The notes under the pieces: generated by a model
Told to the model about the DNA's origin: nothing
Seen by the model: the letters and a program-made list of their open reading frames with translations, nothing else
Databases searched by the model: none
Position numbers and translations under genes: made by a program
DNA from: the human T2T-CHM13v2.0 reference genome, Homo sapiens
Strand: one strand, 5' to 3'
Assembly (NCBI RefSeq): GCF_009914755.1
Contig: NC_060925.1
Length of the DNA stretch: 64,000 nt
Shown: piece after piece, positions 42,695-57,052 of the stretch
How the letters are laid out: every line of letters begins with the position of its first letter
How positions within the stretch are numbered: the first letter of the stretch is position 1

Positions 42695-45113
42695 AGTAGA
42701 GACTGGTGAGCAGACTAAGATGAACAAGACAAACAGGCCTCAGCTGCAGCTCAACTCCAGTGAAACAAACCTGTTACGTATGTGACAAACCCTCTACCCC
42801 TCAAAAAAAAAAAAACAAAAAACTTCCAAATCCTGCGATTTTTAGCCACTGCATTTAAATGTAATTCGACAGCTGCTTTAATGGAGCAATTTCCTTCATA
42901 ACCCCAAATCCATTCGATTCAATAACATTAGTTCCCTTAGCAAATAATGAGCATCCATTAGGTGAACAGCAACCAGCTCTATGCTTAAACCCTATAAAGT
43001 GACAGAATGAGGGCAGGGGTTCTGGATTCAGATTACATATTTAAAAAAACAAACAAACAGTGGTGTCTGATCATCCGGAACACCGCAGCTTCTGCAAATA
43101 CCACCCACTCTGCCTAGGCCAATAACAGCTTAATGAGTCTGACGGTGGAGCCTAAACCAAAAGCTTGCTCCCAACACCTGTATATTCCCCCACTGTAAGT
43201 ATACCACTCAGCAAGGCATCCAGGACAGCAAGATGCTGACTGCTCCTCAGCAAAGATCTGCCAGTAAGAACAGTGGCCAAGGGCAAATTTTTATCTGTTG
43301 CAGGAAGTTGCATCATCTTCTGTACGCTATCAAATCAAAATGTGTTTCCAATTCCAGGAGAAACCCACCAATCCACAGTGCAGATCCTGTGTGCCCACCC
43401 TGTGTGACTCCACAGTAGGAAGCAGCTGTGATGACCTCGAAGTTCTGGTGAGTTTTGGTGAGAGGGGCTACACGGTGGGGTAGAACTACCCTCTAAGATT
43501 GGAGATGACCAATCATGCTTCCTACTCCCCTGCTGTAGCGCCGGGCAAAGCTGTGTAAGATACATTTATGCCCACAGCTTCTTAGCAAGACCTGAGCCTC
43601 ACACTAAGATGACTGCAATCACATACAGCAAGGCCAGAGGACTGCTACAACACAATCTGTCTGCTCTGCAGAAGTGCATGCTCGAAAGTATTCAACAAAC
43701 CATTTATTAACCACATATCTACCTAGGCATATCCTGTCCAAGAAATGCCTTCCTGAAAGTATGTTACCCAGACCTAACTGATGAAAAATTTAGCAACTAA
43801 TTTACGAAGGATCAGGAAGTAAAGACTTGGGCTCTGCTTGCCCATCTGCAGGGCTCCTGCCAGAACACGGGCACTAATCCGTTGCCAGAGTTTAGTGCCT
43901 TTCTGGAGTGGCACCCTTGGTCCTGAACTGGCTCTGAAGGCAGGACCTTCGGCTTTGCTCAGTGCTTTTTGGGGATGCTTGAGAACTTTATGCTCAGTTC
44001 TGGAAGGAGCTATAAACTGATAGCAAGTTTGCTTTTTCAAATGAAGGGGCAGTGTTGGTGACACAGTTAACAAAAAAAAAAATTCTTTTTCATTTCTCTG
44101 CTGTGCTATAGTAGCAGAATTAGAAAACACATTCTGAAAACAAGAATTTTAAAAATCAACTCTTTTTTTCCAGCTATCCTCCCTAATAAGTTATAGCCAA
44201 AATCAATACTCCCCTTTTATTTTTCATCAGGTATTTTTAACTTATTTTAGTTACTTCAAGCTTCCAACAGCTAGAGTACCTCATGTGGACAAAGCCTTAC
44301 CCGCTGAGAAATGAAAGTTATGAGTGTGAAGGGATGAGGAAGCTGGGTTACTAGGGTGACTGAGAATCAAACTGTTGTGTCTGAAACAGGCTTTTTTGTT
44401 TGATTTTGCTTTCTGCCCAAGGGTGTCTGTTTATACAACTTCTAAAAAAGATAATAACCTAAATTAAGGAGCGTGCCTGTTGGATGACATAATGTGGTTT
44501 ACTGTGATCTAGCTGGGGAACAATGGTCACCATGCACCTTACTTCTGAAGTGGGTAGGACGCTCAGCCGGAGTGTGCTCCACCCCCTGCCCCTCAGCACT
44601 CAGTTCCAGAGCAGAAGGTGGCAGTTGCTCCAGGAAAACTCATGGAAGCCACTCATATGGAAGCCTCAGGGCACATAGGTGACAGCCAGGCAGCCTACAC
44701 AGCAATGTCACCCCTGTCCTACAAAATGGGTTGTAGAATAACTGATAAAATCATGCAAGCTGCTATAAACAGTTACTGTGTCACGACAAAAATACTTTCA
44801 CTCTTCCCAAAGGTAGAATGACAGTCCCTGTTTCCTGTGGCCAGTGGTGTCTCAAGTAAACCTATAGGCAAGAGCAGGCACCAACAACAGCCCCGATGGT
44901 ATCCCCTAGAGGAGAGCAAGGGACCAGCCAGGGAGGATATGCCAAGTTAGACTAGTGAGGTGGCCTATTCACTCAGCCCCCAGGCTGGGCCCTGGGACAC
45001 AGGCAAGATGAAGACTGCCTCATCCTACAGTTGCAGTAGTCCAACAGAGACATTCAACTTTAGGGACTCAAAAAGCCTATGTGCCCAGTTCAAGGAGAGC
45101 TAATAGCTAACAC

Positions 45114-45162
45114 CTATGTTGCCCAGGCTAGTCTCAATCTCCTGGGCCCAAGCAATCCTCCT
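45114..45162 (-). mobile_element. Short AluJ/FLAM fragment
   Basis: ctatgttgcccaggctagtctcaatctcctgggcccaagcaatcctcc. Confidence 0.7.
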
Positions 45163-46164
45163 ACAGAATCAATTTTGAGACCCTCACCTTCCCTATGTAA
45201 CTCTTTCTGAAAACAGACGGGCATTCCTGTCTTTGCAACAGCTCCACTCTCCCTGAAATCTTACTATGGGGCATTCTTCCAAAGTTTAAAACACCTCAGG
45301 GCACCAAACAAAGGATAACTCAAAACACTGATCATCAAGATGTCTTCTTTGATGATTAATTATAGCCCATGGTCCCTTGAATCCATATGGCTTCCAGTTT
45401 TTATGTGTCTTCAACACATTTCTGTTATGGGTGAAATTTGGCCCATTTGGGGATGTTCTGGATTCAGAAAAACTGAAGACATACAGGTTTAATGGCATAG
45501 ATGCTCTTAAATGTTTCTGAAATTCCACACCCCCAACACACCAAACGCCAAAATGTTCAAGCCAAGTTACAGAAATGTCAAAGGTAACAATTTTACTTGT
45601 ATTCTTTACAGTACATTTTTCAACCAGGTAGATAAAATCAATTATCTCAAATTCTATTGTAAAAGGTATATCAAACTAAGTCAATCTTCGTATTATTTTC
45701 ATCTCATAATATGTTTAACAATTCCTACTTGCTATTAACAAAAACATACTATTATTTATGATTTAAAATATGGGATGTCACCTTACAAGCATGTGAAGGA
45801 GTATATGTTTTTTAAAAATTATTTCAGAGGGTGCAAAGACAAAAACCTTTGAAGACCATGCCCTTGAGAAAAGCCCTCGCATGGAGAAGGTGGCCTAGTA
45901 AACAAATGCTACAAGGCAAGGAGGGGAAGTCACTACCAGAGAGAAAGTGCAGGCAAGACTGAAGACAAGGAGGTGGGCATTCCAAGCAACAAGAAGAGCT
46001 TGTGCACAGGCAGAGAAGCAGCAAAGCCAACCTGGATGAGAGGTGAGGGGCAGGAGCCTCTGAGTCTAGAGACCAAGGAGAGTGGTGTGGGAGGAGAGGG
46101 GAGGCTCTGAGGACCTACAGTCCATGCTGAGGGGTGCAGATTTTACTCAAGCACCCTCAGAAGG

Positions 46165-46467
46165 TTTTTTGTTTTGTTTTGTTTATTTAAGATGGAGTCT
46201 CACTCTGTTGCCCAAGCTGGAGTGCAGTAGTGCGATCCTGGCTCACTGCAACCTCTGCCTCCCAGGTTCAAGCTATTCTCTGCCTCAGCCTCCAGAGTAG
46301 CTGGGATTACAGGTGCACGCCACCATGCCCAGCAGATTTTTGTATTATTAGTAGAGATGGGGTTTCACCATCTTGGCCAGGCTGGTCTTGAACTCCTGAC
46401 CTCGTGATCCACCCACCTCGGCCTCCCAAAGTGCTGGGACTACGGGCGTGAGCCACTGCCTCTGGCC
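46165..46467 (-). mobile_element. AluSg-like element
   Basis: gaactcctgacctcgtgatcc, TSD accctcagaaggtt. Confidence 0.95.
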
Positions 46468-46597
46468 ACCCTCAGAAGGTTATTTTAAGCAGGGAAGGCT
46501 CATAACTAGATGACTGTTTCCACGCAGAAAATGCTGGCAGCAATATGAAGGATGAAATGGGCAGAGTAGACAACTGGAGACGGAGAGATGAGCTAGA

Positions 46598-46796
46598 CAG
46601 CGGTATCTACAGAAACTTCTGCAGTGATGAAAATGTTACTCCTGCAATGCCCAGTATGGCAGCTACATGGGGCCGTTGAGCACCTGAAAGGTAGCTAGTG
46701 AGAATGAGGAACTGAATTTTTATTTTTATTTAATTTTAGTTAACCTAAATTTAAATGGCCTCATGCAGTTGGTGGCTACCATATTGAACACACCAG
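46598..46796. mobile_element. MER3 (hAT-Charlie MITE)
   Basis: ttctgcagtgatgaaaatgtt...gaggaactgaatttt...gtggctaccatattgaaca. Confidence 0.85.
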
Positions 46797-48252
46797 CTAG
46801 AAAGCTATTTCAAAATTCAATGAAGGATGACATGTCCTAAGTAAGGCAGGAACAGGGGGGATAAAAAAGACAGATTCGAAGGCATTTCTGATGCAGAATT
46901 AGCGGATGCTGGTGACCAACCAGACACGTGGTATAAGGATTGAGTTAGGGAGGACAACAAGCTTCGTCTAACTGGGCGTCCTATGTTGACAGTGACAGCA
47001 CGTACTAAGACAAAGAACAGAGTGCAACAGAGATCTGGGGGGAAGACAACAGATCCGGAAAGGATTTATTTACTGTGAAATGTATTGAGAAGATCCAAGG
47101 AAGACGACTAGGGACAGCTGGAGAAAGGCCAGACAGGTAAAGATCTGGAGGTCTCCTTCCAGAGGCTGTGAAAGATGCCACTTAGGGAGGTGTGATCGAT
47201 CATGCAAAGTGACAATAAGATCATGAGACCCCAGTGTTTAAAAGGCATTGAGAGGTGGAGAGGCCAGCAAGGGTAGAAGAAAAACGACCAGGGAAGGGAG
47301 GAGAACGAGGCGCAGAGGTAAACGTTTGAACAGCAGGGTGTCACTCAGGGTCAAGAGGAGCGGAAAGCAACAGAGGATGCGGCCTGAGGACAAGCCGTAG
47401 GATTGGCAATACCAGGACCCACAGAGCCGGGAGGGAAGGCCAGATGACGAAAGCCATGGGTGGAAGACAAGACTGGGGCAGCACCAGCAGGGTTCAGAGG
47501 TGTGGGAGAGCTGGGGGATGGTTAGGATCACAGCAGCGAGGTCATGGAAACCCACCTCTCCTTCCAGGCCCTGCCATCCACTGATGCAGGTGACCATTAG
47601 ATCCACATGGGGCACTCAGGTCCTGCTCTAACACCAGCCACATCATTATACCCCAAGTCTTTACTGAGACCATTTCTTCTAGGCCCCAATAGAAACTATC
47701 AGAAAAGTTCAAGTTACCTATTTTTGACGACTAAGTAAAAGGGTACCCAGCAGAAAGAGACCTTCTGAAATACAGAAGTGAAGCGAGCAGGGAATTTCAC
47801 AGAAGTGGACATCATATTTACTAAATCCACAATCAGACTATGCTTTTTAAGACCTGCTGAATGGCATTTTTCAAACAAATCAACCTGATTCCACCACAGG
47901 GATTAATTACATCAAGCAGAAGGATACAACGCATCCACAGACTCTTGCTTATCAGTTTAAGAATCTTCAAAAGATTCCAGCACGTGGTAAAGCATAAGGG
48001 AACTTCCCCTGTGAGAATCTACACCAACTCCCTTCAAATCAACTTTGTTTTGACTCACTATCACTAATGAGAAGAATATTCATCATTGAATACAATTTTT
48101 GTATTTTGACTTTAAAAACCTCTTCGTTCACTAAAATTCACTCCACTTTTATAGTCTGTTGTATTCATTTCCTTTCCAGCCGCCTCCTCTCACTCTGCTC
48201 CAGTGTAGGCAGACAAGTTATTTAACACATACCAGATGTTCAATAACGCAGA

Positions 48253-48411
48253 AAAGTAACTATAGTTTACTGTGCACCTACTATGTGCCAGGCACTTGAC
48301 AAAGCACTTTCACAAGCATTATCAGAATCTCACAACAATCTTTCACAATAGATACTCTAATCCCCATTTCAAGATGTGAGAATCAAGGCTCAACTTGCCC
48401 AAGGTGGTGTA
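48253..48411 (-). mobile_element. MIR, interrupted by AluJ
   Basis: cacctactatgtgccaggcac...tccccatttcaagatgtgagaatcaaggctc...acttgcccaaggt. Confidence 0.8.
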
Positions 48412-49625
<1,214 letters not shown>

Positions 49626-50725
49626 TTACATTAAGATAAAAATAAAAAATACAGGATTTCTGATTCTCCAACAATATGATAGGACTTCTTACACACATCA
49701 CACATACGTGCACTGCCTGTGCCACAGTCAGACACAGTTGCTGCTTTCTGATCCATCAGACAATGCTGTAGCACACACAGCACATTCTAACCACATATTC
49801 ATATCAGTGTCTCAGACACATGATGCTACTGAGTTCAAGAAATTTCAAGTACATTAACAACAAATATATATTATAGGCATCTTTTGTAACAGCAAGAGAA
49901 AGGACCTCATAATCTATTAATACTTTTCATCTACTATCATTACAATTTGATAGATACTAAAAATTGACTTCAGAGTTGCTATTCAAACATAATTCTTAAA
50001 ACATGCTTTCATAAGTCATGTAGACTAATTCACAAAGAGACAATTAGCCTTTGACACTGCACTTAATTTAATAAGCCATTTCAGAATTTTAATAGAAGCA
50101 TTAACAGGCATGAAAGAGGAATGAACTTTTTTTTGAGACCTCATAACTTACAAATTAGCTAATTTTTATTTTTAACATAAATGTCAAAAAGCATAGTACC
50201 AAAGGGCCGGCAATTATACTGCTAAAAAGACATAGAAGTTATCTGGGTCAAGGTATCTCTGCTTTCAGAAATAAGCCGAGAGCTTTAACGGTATTTTTAA
50301 AGTAAATGCCAAAATCTCTAACTTAATGTTTAGTAGCAATGCGGAAAAATATTCTCATTGTCAAGGAGAGGTACTTGTGATAATTAAATAAAATAATGTA
50401 GGTATATAAAGCAAGTCATTCTGGGCCTTACCAATGAATTATATTATTCATTTATTATATATACTATATAATTTATAATATATTATTAATACTAAAAAAG
50501 ATCCTGAAACTAATTTCAATGCCTTTAAATTATACATATATACGTATTTCTTCCTATGTAATAAGTTTAAATGAAAGAAAGTTGTCAGAAGGTTAAAAAA
50601 TATAATGCTTAAACTGACATATAAGACCAGCAAATAATTTTCAAAGCATACGTGAAACTAAACTTAGATGTTAGGGGCTTTTACAATAAAGAACATGTAC
50701 CAAAAACATATCTATTACATCTATA

Positions 50726-50821
50726 TCTAATAAACATTTGCTAATTACTTGTCTTGAAAATTTCTGTTAAGTAGAGTCTAGTAAATATTTGCTAATTACT
50801 TGCCTTGAAAACTTCTGTTAA
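50726..50821. repeat. Two-copy tandem duplication, period 51 bp
   Basis: tcta(a/g)taaa(c/t)atttgctaattacttg(t/c)cttgaaaa(t/c)ttctgttaa at 50726 and 50777. Confidence 0.9.
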
Positions 50822-50937
50822 ATACAATTAAAAGAAAATAAATCCAAACTATATTGAATCAGGAAACTGTTTTGAGACAGACTAATTATTTTTTAAAGAT
50901 TACATATAATTCAGTCATTCAAATATTTTAACAGCAT

Positions 50938-51340
50938 GTTTTTTCCTATTATAAAATTAATATGTTCATTTTAGAAAAGCTGGAAAACAAATGCAAAAAG
51001 AAAATGATAATTACACATAACACAACCACAAGTAATAACCATTGTAAATTTTTTAATGTATCCCTGTTCCATTAATGCATATGCATATTTAATATACTGC
51101 TTACCAAGAAAATGTTTTCATTTAATATTATGTGAACATTTTCCCATGTCATTAAATAGCCTTATAAAACAAGATATTTAATTGATTTAAATTACTTGAT
51201 CATATGCAGTATCATAATTGAATATCTTACTATCAAATTTTTTCCAATTTTTAATGTAATAACAAATATTACATTGGGTATCCTTATACATAAATCTTTT
51301 AGACCACTTGTGATTATTTCGTGGGGTAAATTGCCCATCC
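50938..51340 (-). mobile_element. L1ME 3' UTR remnant
   Basis: tattataaaattaatatgttcattttagaaaa...ataaccattgtaaa...gaacattttcccatgtcattaaata. Confidence 0.65.
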
Positions 51341-51604
51341 CAAATCCCCATAAAATTAACTTTCTATGTTATGAAAAGTTGCACAGAGCTTAACCAAGAA
51401 GACAAGGAACGCCATGCTTGGAGCACTCAGCATTAACGAAAACTGTCCCCACTTCTCCTCGTATTTATTAATCTTTCCGCCAGTGCCATGGAAGAGAAGG
51501 GCTGCTTTGTTCAAAGTCTTCAGGCACACAGGTAGGGTTACATGGTGATGTTCCCATCTGCACTTATTTCCCATATTTCACCTCTTTTTAAAAAAAAAAA
51601 AAAC

Positions 51605-51898
51605 GCCGGGCACAGTATCTCATGCCTGTAATCCCAGCACTTTGGGAGGCAGAGGCAGGCGGATCACCTTAGGTCAGGAGTTTGAAACCAGCCTGACCAA
51701 CACGGAGAAACCCTGTTTCTACTAAAAATACAAAATTAGCTGGGCGGGGTAGCGCATGCCTGTAATCCCAGCTACTCGGGAGGCTGAGGCAGGAAAATCA
51801 CTCGAACTGGGGAGGCGGAGGTTGCGGTGAGCCGAGATCGCACTCCAGCCTGGGCAACAAGAGCGAAACTCCATCTCAAAAAAAAAAAAAAAAAAAAA
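51605..51898 (+). mobile_element. AluSp inserted at the tail of an opposite-strand Alu
   Basis: cctgaccaacacggagaaacc and caacaagagcgaaactcc diagnostics, flanked by (A)n-cg on both sides. Confidence 0.95.
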
Positions 51899-51899
51899 C

Positions 51900-52176
51900 G
51901 AGTCTTACTCTGTCACCCAGGTTGGAGTGCAGTGGCGCAATCTCAGCTCACCACAACTTCCACCTCCAGACTTAAGCGACTCTCATGCCTCAGCCTCCTG
52001 AGTAGCTGGAAATACAGGCATACATCACCACACCCCACTAATTTTTTTGTATTTTTAGTAGAGACAGGGTTTCACCATGGTGGTCAGGCTGGTCTCGAAC
52101 TCCTGACTTCAAGTAATCTGCCCGCCTCAACCTCCCAAAGTACTGGGGTCACAGGCATGAGCCACTGCACCCAACC
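51900..52176 (-). mobile_element. Older Alu (Sz/Jb-like) with its tail displaced to ~51585
   Basis: 16-bp TSD ccatatttcacctctt at 51571-51586 and 52177-52192 brackets both Alus. Confidence 0.93.
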
Positions 52177-53378
52177 CCATATTTCACCTCTTGAGAGGAA
52201 TGGGCAGATAATCTTTTAGGGATAGCTTCTCACAAGGGTTCAAATATCCAGTGAGGGACTGCTGCAGAGGAAAGACCACCTGCAAATGCAGTAACAACTC
52301 TCAAATAATAGAAAACAAATTAATGGGTTGGAATCAAGAGGTTGGTGCCCTCTTTTCAATGCTGTCTCTTCCTCTACCCTCTGAGTACAAGCTCAGACAT
52401 TAACATGGTCCTCCTCTCTCATTAAAATAAAAAATTATTTTAGCATTTTGGTGTTGCCAAGTTACTCGAGTTACTAAAGATGTTTCTCTGCGTGCTGCAC
52501 ACCCGTATCTCTGCATATATTACAAACACGAGGAGATCCATGCACAGTAGAAGACTGATAAGCACTCCAACTAAGGTAGAGGCACATGGGCGAGAAATAC
52601 ACCACAGAGGAAACCACATACAGTGGCCAAGCAAGTGCCAGGCAGGTTCACCTACCTGGGACTGTAAGATTCCATTACTCCATCTTCAACTCACAGCCCC
52701 AAAATAAATCTTCCAAAGGGTTCACAATCTAGCTACTTACTCACAATAGGCCGGTCTTCTTAAAGTCAAACACGTATCTAATATTAACCGACATCCCCTC
52801 CTTTAGAAAAGAATTAGCTGTGAAAAAAGAAAAAAAAAAAAGTAACCTCTTTTCTAATAGTTTGTTTTCCACAATTTAATTTTGTCTCTCTAAAAGGTAA
52901 TTTGGGATAATCACCCACATCGAACTAGCCATAAACCAGTTTGGATGTTGTTGAACTTGTATGGTGAGTCACATGACTAATTAAGATCATTAGGATGGTG
53001 TTAAAACAGTGATGTTTTATAGTTAGTTGTCATCTTTAATACAAAAGTATACAAAATCCAGAATCCGTTTTGTTCATCAAATTAACTATTACTTAATAAA
53101 ATAAACGGTTGGACCTAATCACCAATGACAGATCAAAGATAAATTTTGAAATTTATCATTTGCTTACTTTCTGGGTAAAAGTTTAAAATGAATATGCTGA
53201 AATTGCTTCACAATTTCTTCTTCCATTTCCATCAACATACTTCTCTGTGAAAGGGTGTCTCTATTATGCATATTATTAAAACAAAACAGAGAAACCATTG
53301 AGATACACATTATCCCCTAAAATAGTGTTATCAATCCAAACCTGAGTAGATAAATTATCAAGCAAGAACGAAGCAAGC

Positions 53379-53706
<328 letters not shown>

Positions 53707-54769
53707 TCAGTTATCAAATTAAAATCTTAAAATAATGATATGCATGATGTCTGTTCAAAATCTGTTATTAGCATTTAAAATGGAGACCCGATCTCTCACT
53801 TGTAACTTTAGTTATAATTGCAGAACAAAGTTATGAGAGTAACTGTGACTCACTTTATTCATCTCTGATATGCACATTTTCATGGAACAAATGTAATTCT
53901 TTAACAATGTTTTTCTTTTTTCCTATGTTTATTGTGATTATATTTAAAGAAATGGAAGTTTACGTCTGTTAAATCTAACAATAAAAATTGAGGTTTTAAA
54001 ATGTTGTACTGTATATCTCTTCATGTTTTTTTAATAATGAATATTATTTATATTCTCAGAAATACCAATCTGTGAGGGATTGGAAATTAAGGACACTTGA
54101 GTTCCTTCAGTTCTCTGCCACAGAGAAGGGCTGTGCTAGGTGATGTGGATGGGAACAAGTCACTGGTTGAGACCTGGACTCACTTGGAGAAACTGCCTCT
54201 GCTGATGGAAGGCCATGGTGAGGGCCCCACCAGCACTGGGCTGGACGCCAGGTTTCCAGGGCTAAAGCAAGACACAAAAACTCGGTGCTATGGAAGATGT
54301 AAAGATGGAAATGTGCCTTACTTATTTATGTAGTGTCTAAAAATAAAATACATACAAAATTCTAAGAGATCTTGATAAACAGCAAAATATTTGTATGTTC
54401 GTCAGTTTGTCTCCAAGTCTTAAAAACTAGTAATCAGGCAAACAAGCAACCCCCTCCACATACACACATCAGCAATGACGAACTCAGGCACCTGGGCCTG
54501 ACACTAGGCCGCCAGAAGAGCTCAGAGTTCAGCCTTTCTCAGTGTGGAGTGGCACCGTGTCATCTGTTCCCAAGTTGGAACTCATCAGAGGCCAGCACAG
54601 GCCTGACAGCAAGTGAAGGAGAATAAGGGTAATTAAATGGGGAGGAACACCTTAGTTCAGGTAGGGCTTTAACTCACATTTCTAAAATGAGCTTAAAAAA
54701 AGTAAAATAAAAACTCTATTTATACTAACAATAGGCCTGAAACCCAGAGGGCTACCAACGCTCTCTGAC

Positions 54770-57052
54770 TGATATGGTTTGGCTCTGTGTCTCCATCCAA
54801 ATCTCCTCTTGAATTGTACTCCCATAATTCCCAGGTGTTGTGGGAGGGACCCAGTGGGAGATAGTTTGAATCATGGGGCGGCTTCCCCCATCCTGTTCTT
54901 GTGGTAGTGAGTAAGTCTCACAAGATCTGATGGTTTTATCAGGGGTTCTGCTTTTGCATCTTCCTCATTTTCTCCTGCCTCTGCCATGTAAGAACTGCCT
55001 TTTGCCTCCCGCCATGATTCTGAGGCCTCCCCAGCCATGTGGAACTCCAGTTAAACCATTTTTTCTTCCCAGTCTCAAATATATCTTTATCAGCAGCGTG
55101 AAAATGGATTAATACAGTAAATTGGTACCAGTAGAGTGGGGCGTTGCTGAAAAGACACCTGAAAATGTGGGAGCGACTTTGCTGACTGTTACTTTAGTAG
55201 GTAACAGGCAGAAGTTGGAACAGTTTGGAGGGCTCAGAAGAGAGAAAAATGTGGGAAAGTTTGGAACTTGCCTGAGACTCGTTGAATGGCTTTGACCAAA
55301 AGCCTGATAGTGATATGAACAATAAGGTCCAGGCTGAAGCGATCTCAAAGGAAGATGAGGAACTTGGGAACTGGAGCAAAGGTGACTCCTGTTATGTTTC
55401 AGCAAAGAGACTAGTGGCATTTTACCCTTGCCCTAGAGATTTGTGGAACTTTGAACTTCAGACAGAGAATTTAGGGTATCCGGCAGAAGAAATTTCTAAG
55501 CAGCAAAGCATTCAAGAGGTGACTTAGGTGCTGTTAACGGCATTCAGTTTTATAAGGAAAGCAGATCATAAAAGTTCAAAAAATTTGCAGCCGGACAATG
55601 TGACAGAAAAGAAATCCTATTTTCTGAGGAGAAATCCAAGCCACCTGAAGAAATGTGCATAAATAATGAGGAGCCAACTGTTATCCCCAAGACAATGGGG
55701 AAAATGTCTCCAGGGCATATCAGAGGCCTTCCCAGCAGCCCCTCCCATCACAGGCCCAGAAACCTAGGAGAAAATGGTTTCATGGGCCAGGCCCAGGGTT
55801 CCTGTGCCGTGTGCAGCTTACAGACTTGGTGCCCTGTGTCCCTGTCACTCCAGCCGTGACTGAAAGGGGTCAGCGTTGAGCTGGGGCCCTGGCTTCGGAG
55901 GGGACAAGCCTCAAGCCTTGGCAGCTTCCACATGGTGTCGAGCTCACGAGTGCACAGAAGTCAAGAACTGAGGTTTGGGAACCTCAGCCTAGATTTCGCA
56001 GGATGTATGCAAATACCTGGATAACCAGGCAGAAGTTTGCTGTAGGGGCAGGCACTCATGGAGAAACTCTGCTAGGGCAGTGTAAAAGGGAAATGTGTGG
56101 TGGAGTCCCCACACAGAGTCCCTACTGGGGCACTGCCTAGTGGAGCTGTGAGAAGAGGGCCACTGTCCTCCAGACCCCAGAATGGTAGATCCACCAACAG
56201 CTTGCACCGTTCGCCTGGAAAAGCTGCAGACACTCAATGCCAGCCCATGAAAGCAGCTGGGAGGGAGGCTGTACCCTGCAAAGCCACAGAGGTGGAGCTG
56301 CCCAAGACCATGGGAACCCACCTCTTGCATCAGCATGACCTGGATGTGAGACCTGGAGTCAAAGGAGATCATTTTGGAGTTTTAACATTTGACTGCCCCG
56401 CTGAATTTCAGACTTGCATGGGCCCTGTAACCCCTTTGTTTTGGTCAGTTTCTCCCATTTGGAAGAGCTGTATTTACTCATACCTATATCCCCATTGTAT
56501 CTAAGAAGTAATTGGCTTGCTTTTGATTTCACAGGCTCATAGGTGGAAGGAACTTGTATTGTCTCAGATGAGACTTTGGACTGTTAACTTTTGGGTTACT
56601 GCTGAAATGAGTAGACATTGGGGGACTGTTGGGAAGGCATGATTGGTTTTGAAACGTCAGGACATGAGATTTGGAGAGGCCAGAGGTGCAATGATATGGT
56701 TTAGTTCTGTGTCCTCACCCAAATCTTATCTTGAATTGTACTCCCATAATTCCTACACGTTGTGGGAGGGAGGGACCTGGTGGAAGATAGTTTGAATCAT
56801 GGGGGCAGTTTCCCCCATACTGTTCTCGTGGTACTGAATAAGTCTCACGAGATCTGATGGTTTTCATCAAGTGTTTCCGCTTTTACATCTTCCTCATTTT
56901 CCCTTGCTGCTGCCATGTAAGAAATGCCTTTCACCTCCTGCCATGATTCTGAGGCCTCCGCAGCCATGTGAAACTGTAAGTCCAATTAAACCTCTTTTTC
57001 TTGCCAGTCTCGGGTATGTCTTTTATCAGCAGCACGAAAACAGACTAATACA
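54770..57052 (+). mobile_element. Full-length THE1 (THE1A/B) MaLR: LTR 54770-55116, internal 55117-56691, LTR 56692-57052
   Basis: Two direct LTRs tgatatggttt...taataca, internal start gtaaattggtaccagtagagtgggg, perfect TSD CTGAC. Confidence 0.97.

Larger units (their letters stand above)
45880..47560 (-). mobile_element. Degenerate L2 body, interrupted by an Alu and MER3
   Basis: Purine-rich L2-like segments: gggcattccaagcaac...tgtgcacaggcagag; ttttaagcagggaa; ctggaggtctccttccagaggctg. Confidence 0.5.

Noticed and set aside
55109-56504. ORFs of 100-135 aa
   Set aside because: They lie within the THE1 internal region and are decayed MaLR sequence.
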